Below the pieces are notes generated by a model. It was not told the origin of the DNA, did not search any database, and saw only the letters and a program-made list of their open reading frames with translations. From assembly GCA_951406725.2 (NCBI GenBank), contig OX597820.1:61442001-61506000 (forward strand): a stretch of 64,000 nucleotides of DNA, written 5' to 3'. Positions 51,701-64,000 of this stretch are shown one piece after another. Position 1 is the stretch's first letter. Each line of letters opens with the position of its first letter. Position numbers and translations under genes: made by a program. The stretch comes from Octopus vulgaris. Taxonomy: Eukaryota.

Positions 51701-52741
51701 CAATAATTGTACTGGGCTAATTAAAAATTTAGATTTTAAAACTTATATCATTTAATAGAGTAATGAACTCTCGTTATTCATATATTGCTTAAACTGAGAT
51801 TAAATAAAACAAAAATAATTAGTATTTAATTGTCACTGTATCCATTTTAACTGCAAGTTTTATATTTCTCATTGAAGAACTGCCTTCCATACAGTCTTCT
51901 CAAAAATAATGGAAAATCTATTCAACCCATAGATGGGACCCTGACAGGTACTACATACATACATACATACATAAATACACACACACACACACATACATGT
52001 ATATAAAACAAGTATTGGGGTTGATTTGTTTGACTAAACCCTTCTAAGCAGTGCCCCAGCATGGCCTCAGTCTGTAATGAAGTAATCCACTCCTCATAAA
52101 TCAGTCAAAATATCTCAGAAAATTGCTATTATGTTTCTTCTAATAACTCCTTGCATGGAAAATGCTAATATTATCAATAGTTACTTGTATGTTGAATTAC
52201 AGGGTTTATGCACTCATTTGTTTAATTCCTTACCCCCATGTCATTAATTGATTTGTTTAGCGCTAACAAAGGGCTATCCAATAACATAAGTATTTAGTAG
52301 AATACTTATATATACTTTTGTTGACTAATTGCTATATTACTGCAAGAAATTACTGTGTCTGTTCTCGTTTGTTCTCCTTAAGTTGGGATCAAGTAGTCAA
52401 ACTATGTAACCCCTAGTCATGATCATCATCAAATTAACATCCATATTTCCACGGTTGCATGGGTTGGGCAAAGTTTATTGAAGCAGATTTTTTTACATGG
52501 ACATGCCCTTTCTGTTGCCACACCTTAGTTGTTAATAAGTGTGGTTCTATTTACCCATGGCCAAACATGTTTACACAGAATAATGGAAATGAGTCACACT
52601 GCTTGTGTGATGGTGACATTCCCTTAGAACTGTTATGTGATGTTAAAACAATGAGATACAAAGACAATCCCACCCACATATATACATGCACACACTCACA
52701 CACACCTATATATATATATATACACACATCTAGAGACAAAA

Positions 52742-53530
52742 TTTAGGGTGTGGTAGCAAGGTCTAGCAAAACAAAAGTCTTACTAAGCAGGAAGGCTGAC
52801 AAATCACAAACCCCTTCTGGTAGATGGCCCTGCTTGATCTGTAGAAAAGGCATGGGTAGAAACTCCATACAATGTACCTGATGTAAACTATGGACACATA
52901 AAAGGTGCAGTAATATCAAAAGAAGGTTAACCGGGAAGACAGTTTTTGTATGTGGCAGATGCACAGGGTCAATAAACACTGAAGATGTACAGAAAACAGA
53001 TTCCATCACATGCCAGAGGGAAAAACTAGAAGTAGTTGATAGCTTCCCTTACCTAGGTGACCAAGTCTGTAGTGGGGGGTAGTTACTCTGAGAGTGTAGC
53101 GGCTAGAATAAGAATTGCCTGGGCAAAGTTCAGGGAGCTGACAACTAAGGGCCTCTTTCTCAGGATGAAAGGCAGAATGTATGATGCATGTGTGTAAACT
53201 GCCATACTACATGGCCGTGAACCATGGGCTATGACTGCTAAGGACATGAGTAGGCTTGAAAGAAATGAAGCTAGTATGATTCGCTGAACGTGTAATGTCA
53301 GTGTGCATGCACGACAGAGTGTAAGTACCCTGAGAGAAAAGTTGGACATAAGAAGCATCAAAGGTCGTGTGCAAGAGAGATGACTGCACTGATATGGTCA
53401 TGTGTTACATATGGGTGAGGACAGGTTTGTGAGGAAGTGCCATACCCTAACTGGAAGGAACCTGTGGAAGAGGTAGACACAGGAAGACATGGGATGAGAT
53501 GGTGAAGCATAATCTTCGAACATTGGGCCA
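52742..53530 (+). mobile_element. RTE-clade LINE fragment with a PHD-type zinc finger in the RT C-terminal region
   Basis: KTKVL...WPCLICRKGMGRNSIQCT*CKLWTHKRCS...FVCGRC...LEVVDSFPYLGD...ARIRIAWAKFREL...LHGREPW. Confidence 0.88.
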
Positions 53531-53544
53531 CACACACACACACA

Positions 53545-53578
<34 letters not shown>

Positions 53579-55516
53579 TGTAGTGTGGGAAGACTGTTAT
53601 CAGTTTCTGTCTACTAGATTCACTCACAAAGCTCAGACTATAGTAGAAGACTGGTTAGGAAGCAAACTTCTGAACCGGTCAACCACACCTGGGTGGTTGA
53701 TGTTAGAACAAGATCAATTTCATGCTTGAAAGCATTATTTAAGAACAGGTAAATTATCTGATGAAAGCAATAAAACTATGTTAAGCTTCATGTCCCAATT
53801 TGGGTAAACACTGCATTAGGCTTGATTTTGCTCTTGATTACATTAACTGTTCCAGATAACATATTATTAGAACTTTTTTGTTTTCTTTTTAGTTTGGCTG
53901 TCTTAAGTTCTTTTGCATAATTTCATATATGTGACATTCAAAACCTTTTTGATATGCACCTGTCTAAGACTATTCCTGGTTCTATGATATAAACTTACTG
54001 CTTTAACCCCTTAATGGATTATCCCCAGTTTATTCGTGTATCGCAAATGTATCTTTTTAGAACCAGATGAGTATACTTGGTCAAAATTAACTTTTAATTT
54101 TAGCACTCAAACGAGTTTATTTGTTTTGTGTTACTTCATTTTTGAGCAATCATGAACTGGTATTTTCTAACTTGCTTTATTAAATTATTCAGTTGCCTTT
54201 GGTATGAATTTACAGCTGGCAGAATCATTAGAATGCTGGACAAAATGCTAAGTGGCATTCATACGTCTTTATGTCCTGAGTTCAAATGCCGCTAAGGTCG
54301 ACTTTTGTTTTCATCTTTTCACAGTGGATAAAATGAGTACCATTTGAGCAATGGGGCTGATGTAATCATCTTACTCCCACTTCTAAAATTGTTAGCATTG
54401 TGTTAAAATTTGAAATCATTAGTCTACACTTTCCTAACAATCACCTTGATTTTTGAGCTCTTTCTAGCTTTTTTATCAATTGATAACAAATTCAGTTTTA
54501 TTGAAGAAAAATATCTTAAGTAACATTTTGTGTTTACATATAAATTTTTAAATGACATGCATCTTTTTTTTTGCTGACTCATATGAAGTTATCATTATTG
54601 CTAGTATACCCATGTTGTCAAAAATGCAGACAGTTCTATTTATGATGGAAAATGGTGCATCAAAACAATGGAAGAAACCATTGATAAATGTCAGCAATTG
54701 AGTAAATATACATACACAGAATTGAAGTACTTGAACAGACAGTTGTAATATTTCAGTTAGAAATATTGTTGTGCATCATCATCATCATCTTCATCATCGT
54801 TTAACATCCATTTCCCATGCCGGCATGGATTGGATGGTCTGACAAGAGCTGGCAATCCACAAAACAGCACCAAATGCCATTGTCCGTTTTGACATGGTTT
54901 TTATATGGCTGAATTCCCTTCTCAAATTCACACACTTATTGTGGTCCTTCAGTTTTTCTAAGCCCTATAAAAGAACTCAGAAGGTTGGGCTGCTAACCAG
55001 GCCTTTCACGATATCCTTAAAGTCAGGAACTTTTCAACACCCCCTTGTAGTATGTATATGTGTGTGCATATATATGCATTACACCCATGCATATCGTATG
55101 TAAGCATGGTACAGGCATGGCTGTGTAGTAAGAATCTTGCTTCCTTGCCACATGATTTCAAGTTCAGTCCCTCTGCATGGCACCTTGGGCAAGTGTCTTC
55201 TACTTTAGCCTTAGGCCTACCAAAGCTTTGTGAATTGATTTGGTAGACGAAAACAGAAAGAAGTCCATTGTGTGTCTGTATATATATATATACATATATA
55301 TATATATAAATATATGTATATGTTATTTATATGTATATATTTATGTGTGTATCTTTATGCCTGTTTCTCCCCCATCACCTCTTGACAACTGGTGTTGGTA
55401 TGTTTATGTCCCTGTAACTTAGCAGTTTGGCAAAAGAGACCAATAAAATAAGTACTAGGCTTAAAAACCCTTTAAGGCAGTGCCTCAGTCAAATGAATGA
55501 CTGAAATCAGTAAAAG

Positions 55517-55562
<46 letters not shown>

Positions 55563-55564
<2 letters not shown>

Positions 55565-55948
55565 GGCGCAGGAGTGGCTGTGTGGTAAGTAGCTTGCTAA
55601 CCAACCACATGGTTCCGGGTTCAGTCCCACTGCATGGCATCTTGGGCAAGTGTCTTCAGCTATAGCCCCGGGCCGACCAATGCCTTGTGGGTGGATTTGG
55701 TAGACGGAAACTGAAAGAAACCTGTCGTATTTATGTATATATATATATGTGTGTGTCTGCGTTTGTCCCCCTAGCATTGCTTGACAACCGATGCTGGTGT
55801 GTTTACGTCCCCGTCACTTAGCGGTTCGGCAAAAGAGACCGATAGAATAAGTACTGGGCTTACAAAGAATAAGTCCCGGGGTCAATTTGCTCAACTAAAG
55901 GCGGTGCTCCAGCATGGCCGCAGTCAAATGACTGAAACAAGTAAAAGA

Positions 55949-55950
<2 letters not shown>
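55563..55950 (+). mobile_element. SINE family A, best-preserved copy (older copy at 55110-55520; partial at 57960-58170)
   Basis: tRNA-like head gtggctgtgtgg / gggttcagtccc, CORE-like cttgggcaagtgtctt, central microsatellite, 3' ...tgactgaaacaagtaaaagag. Confidence 0.92.
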
Positions 55951-55988
<38 letters not shown>

Positions 55989-56059
55989 CTATTTATCTAT
56001 AAATATATATATATATTTATCTATTTATCTATAAATATATATATATATATATATTTATA

Positions 56060-57655
56060 TTTGTTTATTTGGCACTTACTAATTTACAGTTAATTTAATT
56101 TATAATTAATGTACTTATATCTTAATTAATAGTAACTTCTGTTTACTTATTGTGTATGTATATATACGTCTTGATGGGCAGACATATATTTTGTGATTTA
56201 GTGAACATAGGTGGAGGTGTCGGGGTGTGTACATATGTGTATGTATGTGTATGTATGTTTTTGTATGTATATGTATGTTCATGGGTGGATATACGGGTGT
56301 ATGTTTTTCTTGTACATATGAGTACACAGGTGCGTATTTAGATATGTGTATATGTATATGCGAATATTTATTCATGGGTGGATATAAGTATAGGTTTTTC
56401 TTATACGTGTAAGTGCGTAGATATATATTTAAGTATGTATATGTGTATGTGTGAATGTTCCCGGACACAGTATATGGGAGTGTATTAATGTTTATGGGTA
56501 TGTGCGGGTGTGAGTGTGTGTATGAGTGTATGGACGCTGCTATAGTTTCCCCTGCCTGCAATGACTTATCTATAAGCCACGCGATGACAGACATATATTT
56601 TGTAATTTAGTAATATGTGTGGATGTGTGGGTGAATGTGTGTGTGAGTTTTTGTATGGATGTGAGGGTTCAGGGTTGGATGTGTATGTGTATGTTTTTCT
56701 TGTGCGGTGTGGTGGAGGTCTGGCGACTCTCGGCAGACCAACCGTAAGGAAGACAATGATAATTTAAATTCAAATCCAATGTTGTATTTATATCATAAGG
56801 AAAATTACTAACTTGAACTCGGACGTACATATGTGCAACTATGGATCCTTATGTAGTGTAAACAGAATGCTTGTACTTCATACTTCGTATGTATATGCGG
56901 ATATTCAACACTTTACATGGTATTGTAGTACTATTGTGACTATATTGCTAATAATGGAATCTATAAATTGTTTTTCTAGTATAAGCATTATTAATAATAA
57001 TATTAATGATGATATTGGTAGCATTAATGGTATTGACAATGATAATGATGCTAACTTTGATGACACTTTAGAAATTAGTAGGAATTAATATAATGTACTA
57101 TTGACTCTGTATATCTGCATTTAGGTATTAATATGTGTATGTTTATTATGGCAATATTAAGTTGAAAAACTGTAACATTGGATGTGGAACATATGTATGT
57201 TTACTAATTTATATTATTTATATCATGTATATGTATGTATTTATATGTATAGGAGTGTGAGTATATGCACTCATATGTATATGTATATGATGTATTATGG
57301 GTATGTACCCACACCCATATAGGTATATATATAGACTGATTTATATCACATAATCTCCGAAGAGGCCTTATGATATTTTTGTAAATGTCTCAGTTATAAC
57401 TATATATTGACCTACCATAAAAGGCTAATATAAGTTGAATGAGACATACTTATCTACATGGCCGAAACAGCTGTAAGATGTAATCTATATTTATATTTAC
57501 TTACATTTATATTCTCTTATATATATTCTACTTATTGTATAACATTACTCTTTTATGTTCACTTTTTTATGTTTAACCCTATAGTTTCTTATGTGGTGGT
57601 ATAATAAAGTATGTGATTGAGTATTATCTGGTAATTGATATTTGATTTAGATGAT
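56060..57655 (+). mobile_element. Penelope-like non-coding 3' region/pLTR (family B), longer copy
   Basis: Colinear with 18703-19680; flanked by (TA)n; internal repeat cagacatatattttgt(g/a)atttagt at ~56180 and ~56590. Confidence 0.7.
57353..57479 (+). ncRNA. Type I hammerhead ribozyme, U4C variant (family B)
   Basis: atct CCGAAGA ggcc...ggcc GAAAC agct GTA agat. Confidence 0.7.
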
Positions 57656-57745
57656 ATATATATATATTAATTTAGAGATAGAATACCCCTACCTCTCACC
57701 TAATAAAAAGAATTTTTATTTTTATTACCTACTGTTTTATTACTT

Positions 57746-57840
57746 GGCAACACGTGTTTCATGAGGTACATCCTCAGGTCTCTAAACCACTCCGTGTTTC
57801 CCTGGAGCTCCTCTCAAGATGCGACCCCAATCATCAGGCC
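57746..57840 (-). ncRNA. Type I hammerhead ribozyme (family F) with extended stem II
   Basis: ggc CTGATGA ttggggtcgcatctt...aggatgtacctcat GAAAC acgt GTT gcc. Confidence 0.7.
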
Positions 57841-58481
57841 CTTATACAACTTTATCAACGTTCAACACAATAAATCCTATTTTAATTTTTTAAAACCCCT
57901 AAGTATGTGTAAAATAGGTATGTTTAAACATACCTAATTTAAACATGTATGTATGTTTGTGTGTGTATATGTTTGTGTCTATGTTTGTCCCCCCCAACAT
58001 CGCTTGACAACCGATGCTGGTGTGTTTACGTCCCCGTAACTTAGCAATTCGGCAAAAGAGAACGATAGAATAAGTACTAAGCTTACAAAGAATAAGTCCT
58101 GGAGTCGATTTGCTCAACTAAAGGTGGTGCTCCAGCATGGCCACAGTCAAATTACTAAAACAAGTAAAAGAGGACCCATGTTCCAAAAATTATCTCATAA
58201 AAATATAGGGAGAATTTCTATCTTTCAGTCCACAACACTCCAAAACTTGTATAAATGTTTAGGGGAAGAAAAAAGAACGGACAGTGGGAGCTGTGGTGAC
58301 TCTTTGATGTATCACCACTGCAAACTGACATTTTCAATTTGATAATTTTTTTCATAAAGTGGAAATTACTATATTTTTTTGTAATGTTTATCATCTTAAT
58401 CAAAGGGCAGGAAAACAGACCATGTTTTGAGTTTTAGTATATATAAACCTCTAACTCATATATACATGTGTGTGTGTGTGC

Positions 58482-58519
<38 letters not shown>

Positions 58520-58523
<4 letters not shown>

Positions 58524-58790
58524 CTGCCTGGCTCCTGAGCTGGTGGCATGTAAAAAGCACCACCCGAACATAGTTGATGCCTGTTCCCTCATCCTGACTG
58601 GCTCTTGTGCCGGAGGTACGTAAAAAGCACCCTCTACACTCTCAGAGTGGTTGGCGTTAGGAAGGGCATCCAGCTGTAGAAACATTGCCAGATCAAATTG
58701 GAGCCTGGTGTGGCCTCCTGGCTTGCCAGACACCAGTCAAACTGTCCAATCCATGCCAGCATGGAAAACGGACGTTAAACGATGATGATA
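58520..58790 (+). mobile_element. RTE-type 3' end
   Basis: Shared 3' UTR motif and (GAT)n. Confidence 0.85.
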
Positions 58791-59174
58791 TATGCATTTG
58801 TATGCATTGCATCCATACACACACACACACATATATATGTACATATACATATATATACACAGGCATATATATATATCATCATTTAATGTTTATTTTCCAT
58901 GCTGGCATGGGTTGGATGGCAAATTCAGAAACACACATTGTATGAAATATATGGTCCATAATATACATCCAATCATGAGAGAAGTAGGTTCTTAGAGAAG
59001 TGAATTATGAATTAATAACAACCGATGGATAGGTATCAATTCATTACAGCTGTCTATAATGATATAATGTACTCATTAATCAATTTTAAAAATTCATTAG
59101 AAACAGCTCTTATGAATTGATACCTGTCTTTGTTATTTATTTATTTACATATGTATGTGTGTATATATACATAT

Positions 59175-60100
59175 ATCATCATCATTTAGAGTCGGTTGTC
59201 CATGCTGGCATGGGTTGGACAGTTTGACCAGGGCTGCTAAGTTGGAAGGTTGCACCAGGCACCAGTCTGATTTGCCAGGGTTTTCTACAGCATGATGCCC
59301 TTCCTAATGCCAACCACTCTGAGAGTGTAATGGGTGCTATTACGTGCCACTGGCATGGTTGCCATTTGTGTGACACCGTGGTGCGTTTATGTGCCACTGA
59401 CACAGGTGCCAATTTGTGTGACACTGGTATCTGCCACAACTGTGATTTTGCTCGGCTTAATGGGTCTTCTCAAGCACAACATAATGCCAAAAGGTCTTGG
59501 TTATTACCTCCATGAAGCCCATACTTGACCGGAACTCAGCAACTTTGCCTCCGTCAGGCCCAACACTTGAAAGGAACTCAGCCACCTTGCGTAGGTCTAC
59601 CTCTACCAAAGGATCCCTCCACAGTTAGAGATAAGCACTTCTTTGCACAGTTGTCCTCATCCATACCCATCACATGACAATACCAGTGCAGTCGTATCTC
59701 TTGCACACCACATCTGATGCCTCTTATGCCTAACTTTGTAGGCATCTCTCAAGATGCTTACATTTTGTTGCACATCCAATGAAGCATACAGGCTTCGTTT
59801 CTTTCAAGTCCATGCATGTCCTTGGCTGTCACAGCTGTTTGTACACAGGCATCATACAGTCTACCTTTCGCACTGCAAGAGAGGCTTTTGTTGCCAGCAA
59901 AGACAGGAACTCTCTGAATTTTGCCCAGCCTAATCTTATTTTCTCAGAGCTCTCTGAGCATCCATCTCCACTACTAACTTGGTCACCTAGGAAACGGAAG
60001 CTATCTACCACCTCTAGCTTGCCCCCCTCCCTCCCGGACAGTTGATGGAGTCTATTTTCTACACATTTTCAGTGCTTATTGTACCTGTGTATCTTCTACA
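59175..60100 (-). mobile_element. RTE LINE 3' fragment (family of 52742-53530) with 3' UTR
   Basis: VDSFRFLGDQVSSGDGCSE...IRLGWAKFREF; links this ORF to the common (CAT)n-tailed UTR. Confidence 0.85.
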
Positions 60101-60339
60101 TACAAAAGCTTGTTTCCCTGTTGACCTTCCTCTGATATATATATTTACACAAGGCTTTAGTCGCCAAGGGGCTATAGTGTGGACGACATTTACAGGAAAG
60201 AATATATAACCAGACAGGAAGAGGGCACATTGGGTAAAGTAGTTCTAAATATACAAGTGATGGAATGGTCACACTAGAACGCCTTTGATCATAGGTCACC
60301 TTGCTCGACGAGGGTTGACCAAGAGTCTGAAACAATCAG

Positions 60340-63300
60340 CTGTTGTACTGAGACCACTGCTCATTTTACAGATCATATTACTTTTCGCCCATGCGCATGT
60401 GACGTGTGTGTATGAGTATGTGCTCTCGCGCGCACGCGTGCTTTGATTTGAAAAATAGTCACAGTGTGTGTTTTTTTTCTTTACTTTTGCTAATTAATAA
60501 AAAAATTGGAAATGTCATTATGAAGTACAAGTCAGACAATTACGTGTATTTATGTGACATATAAAGCGCTGATATGGATATAAAAGGGTTAGAAATAGTT
60601 ATTGAAATCCTCTTTCGTTGTCTGAAGTATGTATCGTCGCTTTGTTTAAATGTATTCGCTTTTCATATGTAGACTTTCCAATGCTAGGTTTGATATAGTA
60701 CTTACTTTACGATAACGCCACCCCTAAGAAAAAAAACAAAGAAACAGAAAGAGGGTTTTGTAAAACTTGAATAAGTACTGCTTCCGATGAATGATGGGAA
60801 TCGTGGATTATTTTAAAAGCTTTATTGACAATTTCATCTAGACATAGTGGAGTTACATTATACTTTTAAACAAGCTATTTTGGGGGAACTGTTTAATAGC
60901 CAATATAGAATTTGGGGCGGACGTGAAGAATGTGGACTGCGCCCCACCCCCTTTCTTTGGTTTTTTTTTTTTTGTTTGTTTGTTTGTTTTTTTTACAGAA
61001 TCCCCCATTTTCGAGTACGGAAATTCTTATTCTGCAAAAAGAACGGCATTTAAAAATTTTACCCCCCCCCCCCACTTCTTCAATTTGGGTGGGTGGAGAT
61101 TTAAAATTTTTAAATTCCCTTTTCTTTTTTTTTTTGCAGAATCAGAACCTCCGTACGCGAAAATGGGTTATTCTGTAAAAAAAAAAAAAAAAAAAGTGGG
61201 TGCTGTCCACCGAATTTGGGATGTAAAAGAATTATATTTTAGAATTTTGTTGTGGCCAAAACTACTAAAGAAAATCCATCCAAAGTTCGTGAAACTTCAC
61301 TGAAACTAAATTGTACTAAGGTGGTTTTAAGTTCAAATTCACCGTGTTTCGTAGGTATTCTATTGACTTCACACATTTCCTACTGTAAACTTATAGAGAT
61401 ATATACTAGCTCGCAATTTTCGTATATTCATTTTTCGTGGGTAAATTTAAATAGTTTAAAATATTAAAGTATCATCCTTTCTGGATCGATGAAATAAGTA
61501 CTAGTTGAACACTTGAGTTGAAGTAAATCGATTTCCTCCAGAAATTGCTGGCTTTGTGCTAAAATTTGTAACTAATATCAAAATATGAATTTAACGTTAA
61601 TGTGTGTTTGTGTATACCTAGTTATAAAGTTAGATGCTTTACAGTGGATTTGAAACTGATTAAAAAACAGCTTGGTTGTAATGAATCATTTAAAAAAAAA
61701 AATGTGTGGAAAAATACGAAGGGATGGTTCAGTGTTAAATGTTTCGATGAAAATGAAAATTTGTGTTTAAACACAAGCTCGTAAAAATCAAGTGATAGTT
61801 TCGATTATTTATCGTTTTTGTTTCATGAAATTAAAAACAAAAAAAATTGTTTGTATAATAATCTTAATCAGTATTCTTTCGCTGCTATAATCTCGATCCT
61901 GGTATCTCTGCGGACATAATATTCAACTTATCTGTATCAGCTTGATATTCTTTTAAGTTAGAAATATGTTTGTTATTTTCCACTTTTCTTTTACCTTTGA
62001 CCTTCATAAAATAGTACTTACAGATACAACTACTACAGTTATGTAGCAACGATTCGAGTCATGAATCGAAACTTCTTCTTATTGACAAGTTTTACTCTAA
62101 CGAAACGAAAAGATAATGTTAACTATTCACTGGAACAAAGCCGCTATTATATAGGTGCTGACTTCAATTAGGGCGAGGTTTCCAGTTCGTGTAGTCTCAC
62201 TCCCGCACTGACTAAAGTAATTACCGAGGTTTTACTAGAAGCATGGCATTTACCGGCTTCGTTTTCTTACGAGTGAATTAATCTTGATATTTGTTTGCTT
62301 CACCAAGACATTAAGGTATGATCTAAATGGCTACTTCCTTCATTTACTTACTATTTATACCGTTGTATTTACTGTTGATTTTTACCGAGTTGCCGTACCT
62401 TTGAATTTTTTTCTTATGCGCGTATTTTATGTAATTGTTTTATCAAGAAAAAACGTGTCATTCTTCCAAACAAGAACATTTAGCTGTTCTTTTACCTATT
62501 AAATATTTGTTGTTTATATTGGAAAATACTTTTCTGTACAAATCAAAAACGAAGCAACAGCTCATCAACTCGCCCTATCTTTGTAAATACACTCGACTTC
62601 GCTAGTCATATATTTTCAATTTATGCGTCTTATTTTATTTCTAAGATGAAATCTCAAGTTTATATTGTAACACATTTTTATAAGATTTTCCTAACCACAA
62701 AATAACCTATCTAATCGATATTAGTCGTCATTCACTTGTCTAAATAAGCCGCGATAATCCGTTTATATTATTTCGTATGATCGCATTGTGTGAAAACGTT
62801 TATCTTTCTATCTACGTACTGTGTTTCCTTCCTTCTATCTTTCTACTGTGTTGTGTCTAATAATTTATTTCATGTGTACTTCAAATACTTGATAATTACA
62901 CTCTAATGACTAAATAATATATTTAATGAATATCTATACAGGAGCTTGAAAAATATTTTATCAACTTTTAAAACCACGTGCTTCGGGTTTTTTCTCTTTT
63001 TACTTAACATGCGTTTCCAAATTTCTTTCTGTAGCTATAATGTCGCTACGAAGCTTGTTACAGTATATTTAAAATCATAGTAAAAGATCGATACTTCTTC
63101 ACCTATACTGTTTAGTTTAAACTGTGTAGATAATAGTGAAATTGTTGTATACAGTGCTCAGGTGTACTACAACTAGAAAAAAAAAGGGCATTAGGTGCAC
63201 TGTTGACGAATTTCATGAAGCATGATTTACTAGATATAAAACTACAGTATCCGCCCTTCTTCAATATGAATTGTCGCTGTGTACTAAGAGATCTACATCT

Positions 63301-64000
63301 TACATACCCCCATTTAACAATAAGTTTCAAAATGTTTACATGTTTTACTCGTTTGTAAACTACAGAAAATCGATCTACCGATTAGTTTTTCGCCAAGTTT
63401 CTCTAAATATGATGGTCATAGTTCTTTATGAAATAGTCCTGCCACTCCTTAAATAGACATGATCAGCTGGATTTGATACTGTCAACTCCACACTGAAAAT
63501 AGACATAAATGAAATATTTTATATAAATCTTTTATAATCTTAATACTTCTATATTTTAAAGTGTTTTCTCCGATTTATTTTTTTAGAAGTTAATTGTTAA
63601 AGATGCGTTATTTCCTTGTTAAATTTCAGTAACATATCACATCCCGATAGTTACTTCGAAACGAATGTTTTAAAACTCGTTGTTAGTTATCGTCTTTTTA
63701 ATATTTAAAAAAAAATTATTTCTTATCCTTGTTAAAATGGAAAGTATTGTTTTATAGATGGTTGATATCTCTATGTAGTAATTGTTAGTTCTTAACTAGT
63801 TCTGTGTATTGTTTGTTGCGGTTATACTGACATTCAATCAAATTGTACCTTAAGAAATGTATTTGAAAACTGGCATTTTGTCAAAACATTTCAAACTATT
63901 TTGCTTAGAATTTCTTTTGTTTGTTTTTTTCGGAAATACATTTATTGAATGACTTAACATTTTATTCAAACAAATGTTTAGTTAAATTCATCAAAGTAGA
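60340..64000. promoter_or_regulatory. CpG-retaining, TE-poor region; probable promoter/regulatory DNA
   Basis: atgcgcatgtgacgt and ctcgcgcgcacgcgtg at ~60390-60440; frequent CpGs to the window end; almost no SINEs or microsatellites. Confidence 0.4.
60932..61210. repeat. ~280-bp imperfect palindrome (fold-back MITE-like)
   Basis: ttttacagaatcccccattttcgagtacggaaattcttattctgcaaaaa vs tttttgcagaatcagaacctccgtacgcgaaaatgggttattctgtaaaa; outer gtggactgcgc / gtgctgtccac. Confidence 0.85.

Noticed and set aside
61920-61960. Superficial resemblance to U2 snRNA (tatctgtatcagcttgatat)
   Set aside because: No branch-point recognition sequence (gtgtagta) and no matching flanks.

Overview
AT-rich, repeat-dense eukaryotic DNA. 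The SINE, LINE and microsatellite repertoire looks like an Octopus (coleoid cephalopod) genome; this is recognition of the repeats, not a database result. No complete host gene can be called, only a few low-confidence minus-strand exon candidates and two CpG-retaining, TE-poor promoter-like regions (~33.5-34.7 kb and ~60.3-64 kb). Most of the window is decayed mobile DNA: tRNA-derived SINEs, RTE, CR1 and R4/Dong LINE fragments, Tc1/mariner elements (DD34D, DD37D, Tc1-type), a full-length but frameshifted hAT/Buster transposon with TSDs, pogo and piggyBac MITEs, and a non-autonomous Helitron. The most striking signal is a set of at least six sequence-distinct families of type I hammerhead ribozyme (HHR) motifs, about a dozen copies. 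They sit in Penelope-like (PLE) pseudo-LTRs and in small non-coding inverted-repeat elements lodged in microsatellites. Examples are a PLE with a GIY-YIG domain and inverted pLTR, a 475-bp element with two oppositely oriented HHRs, and a ~104-nt HHR enclosed in a 13-bp terminal stem. Several long inverted repeats also occur, including one pair bracketing the putative promoter. Repeat boundaries are approximate unless a TIR or TSD is quoted.
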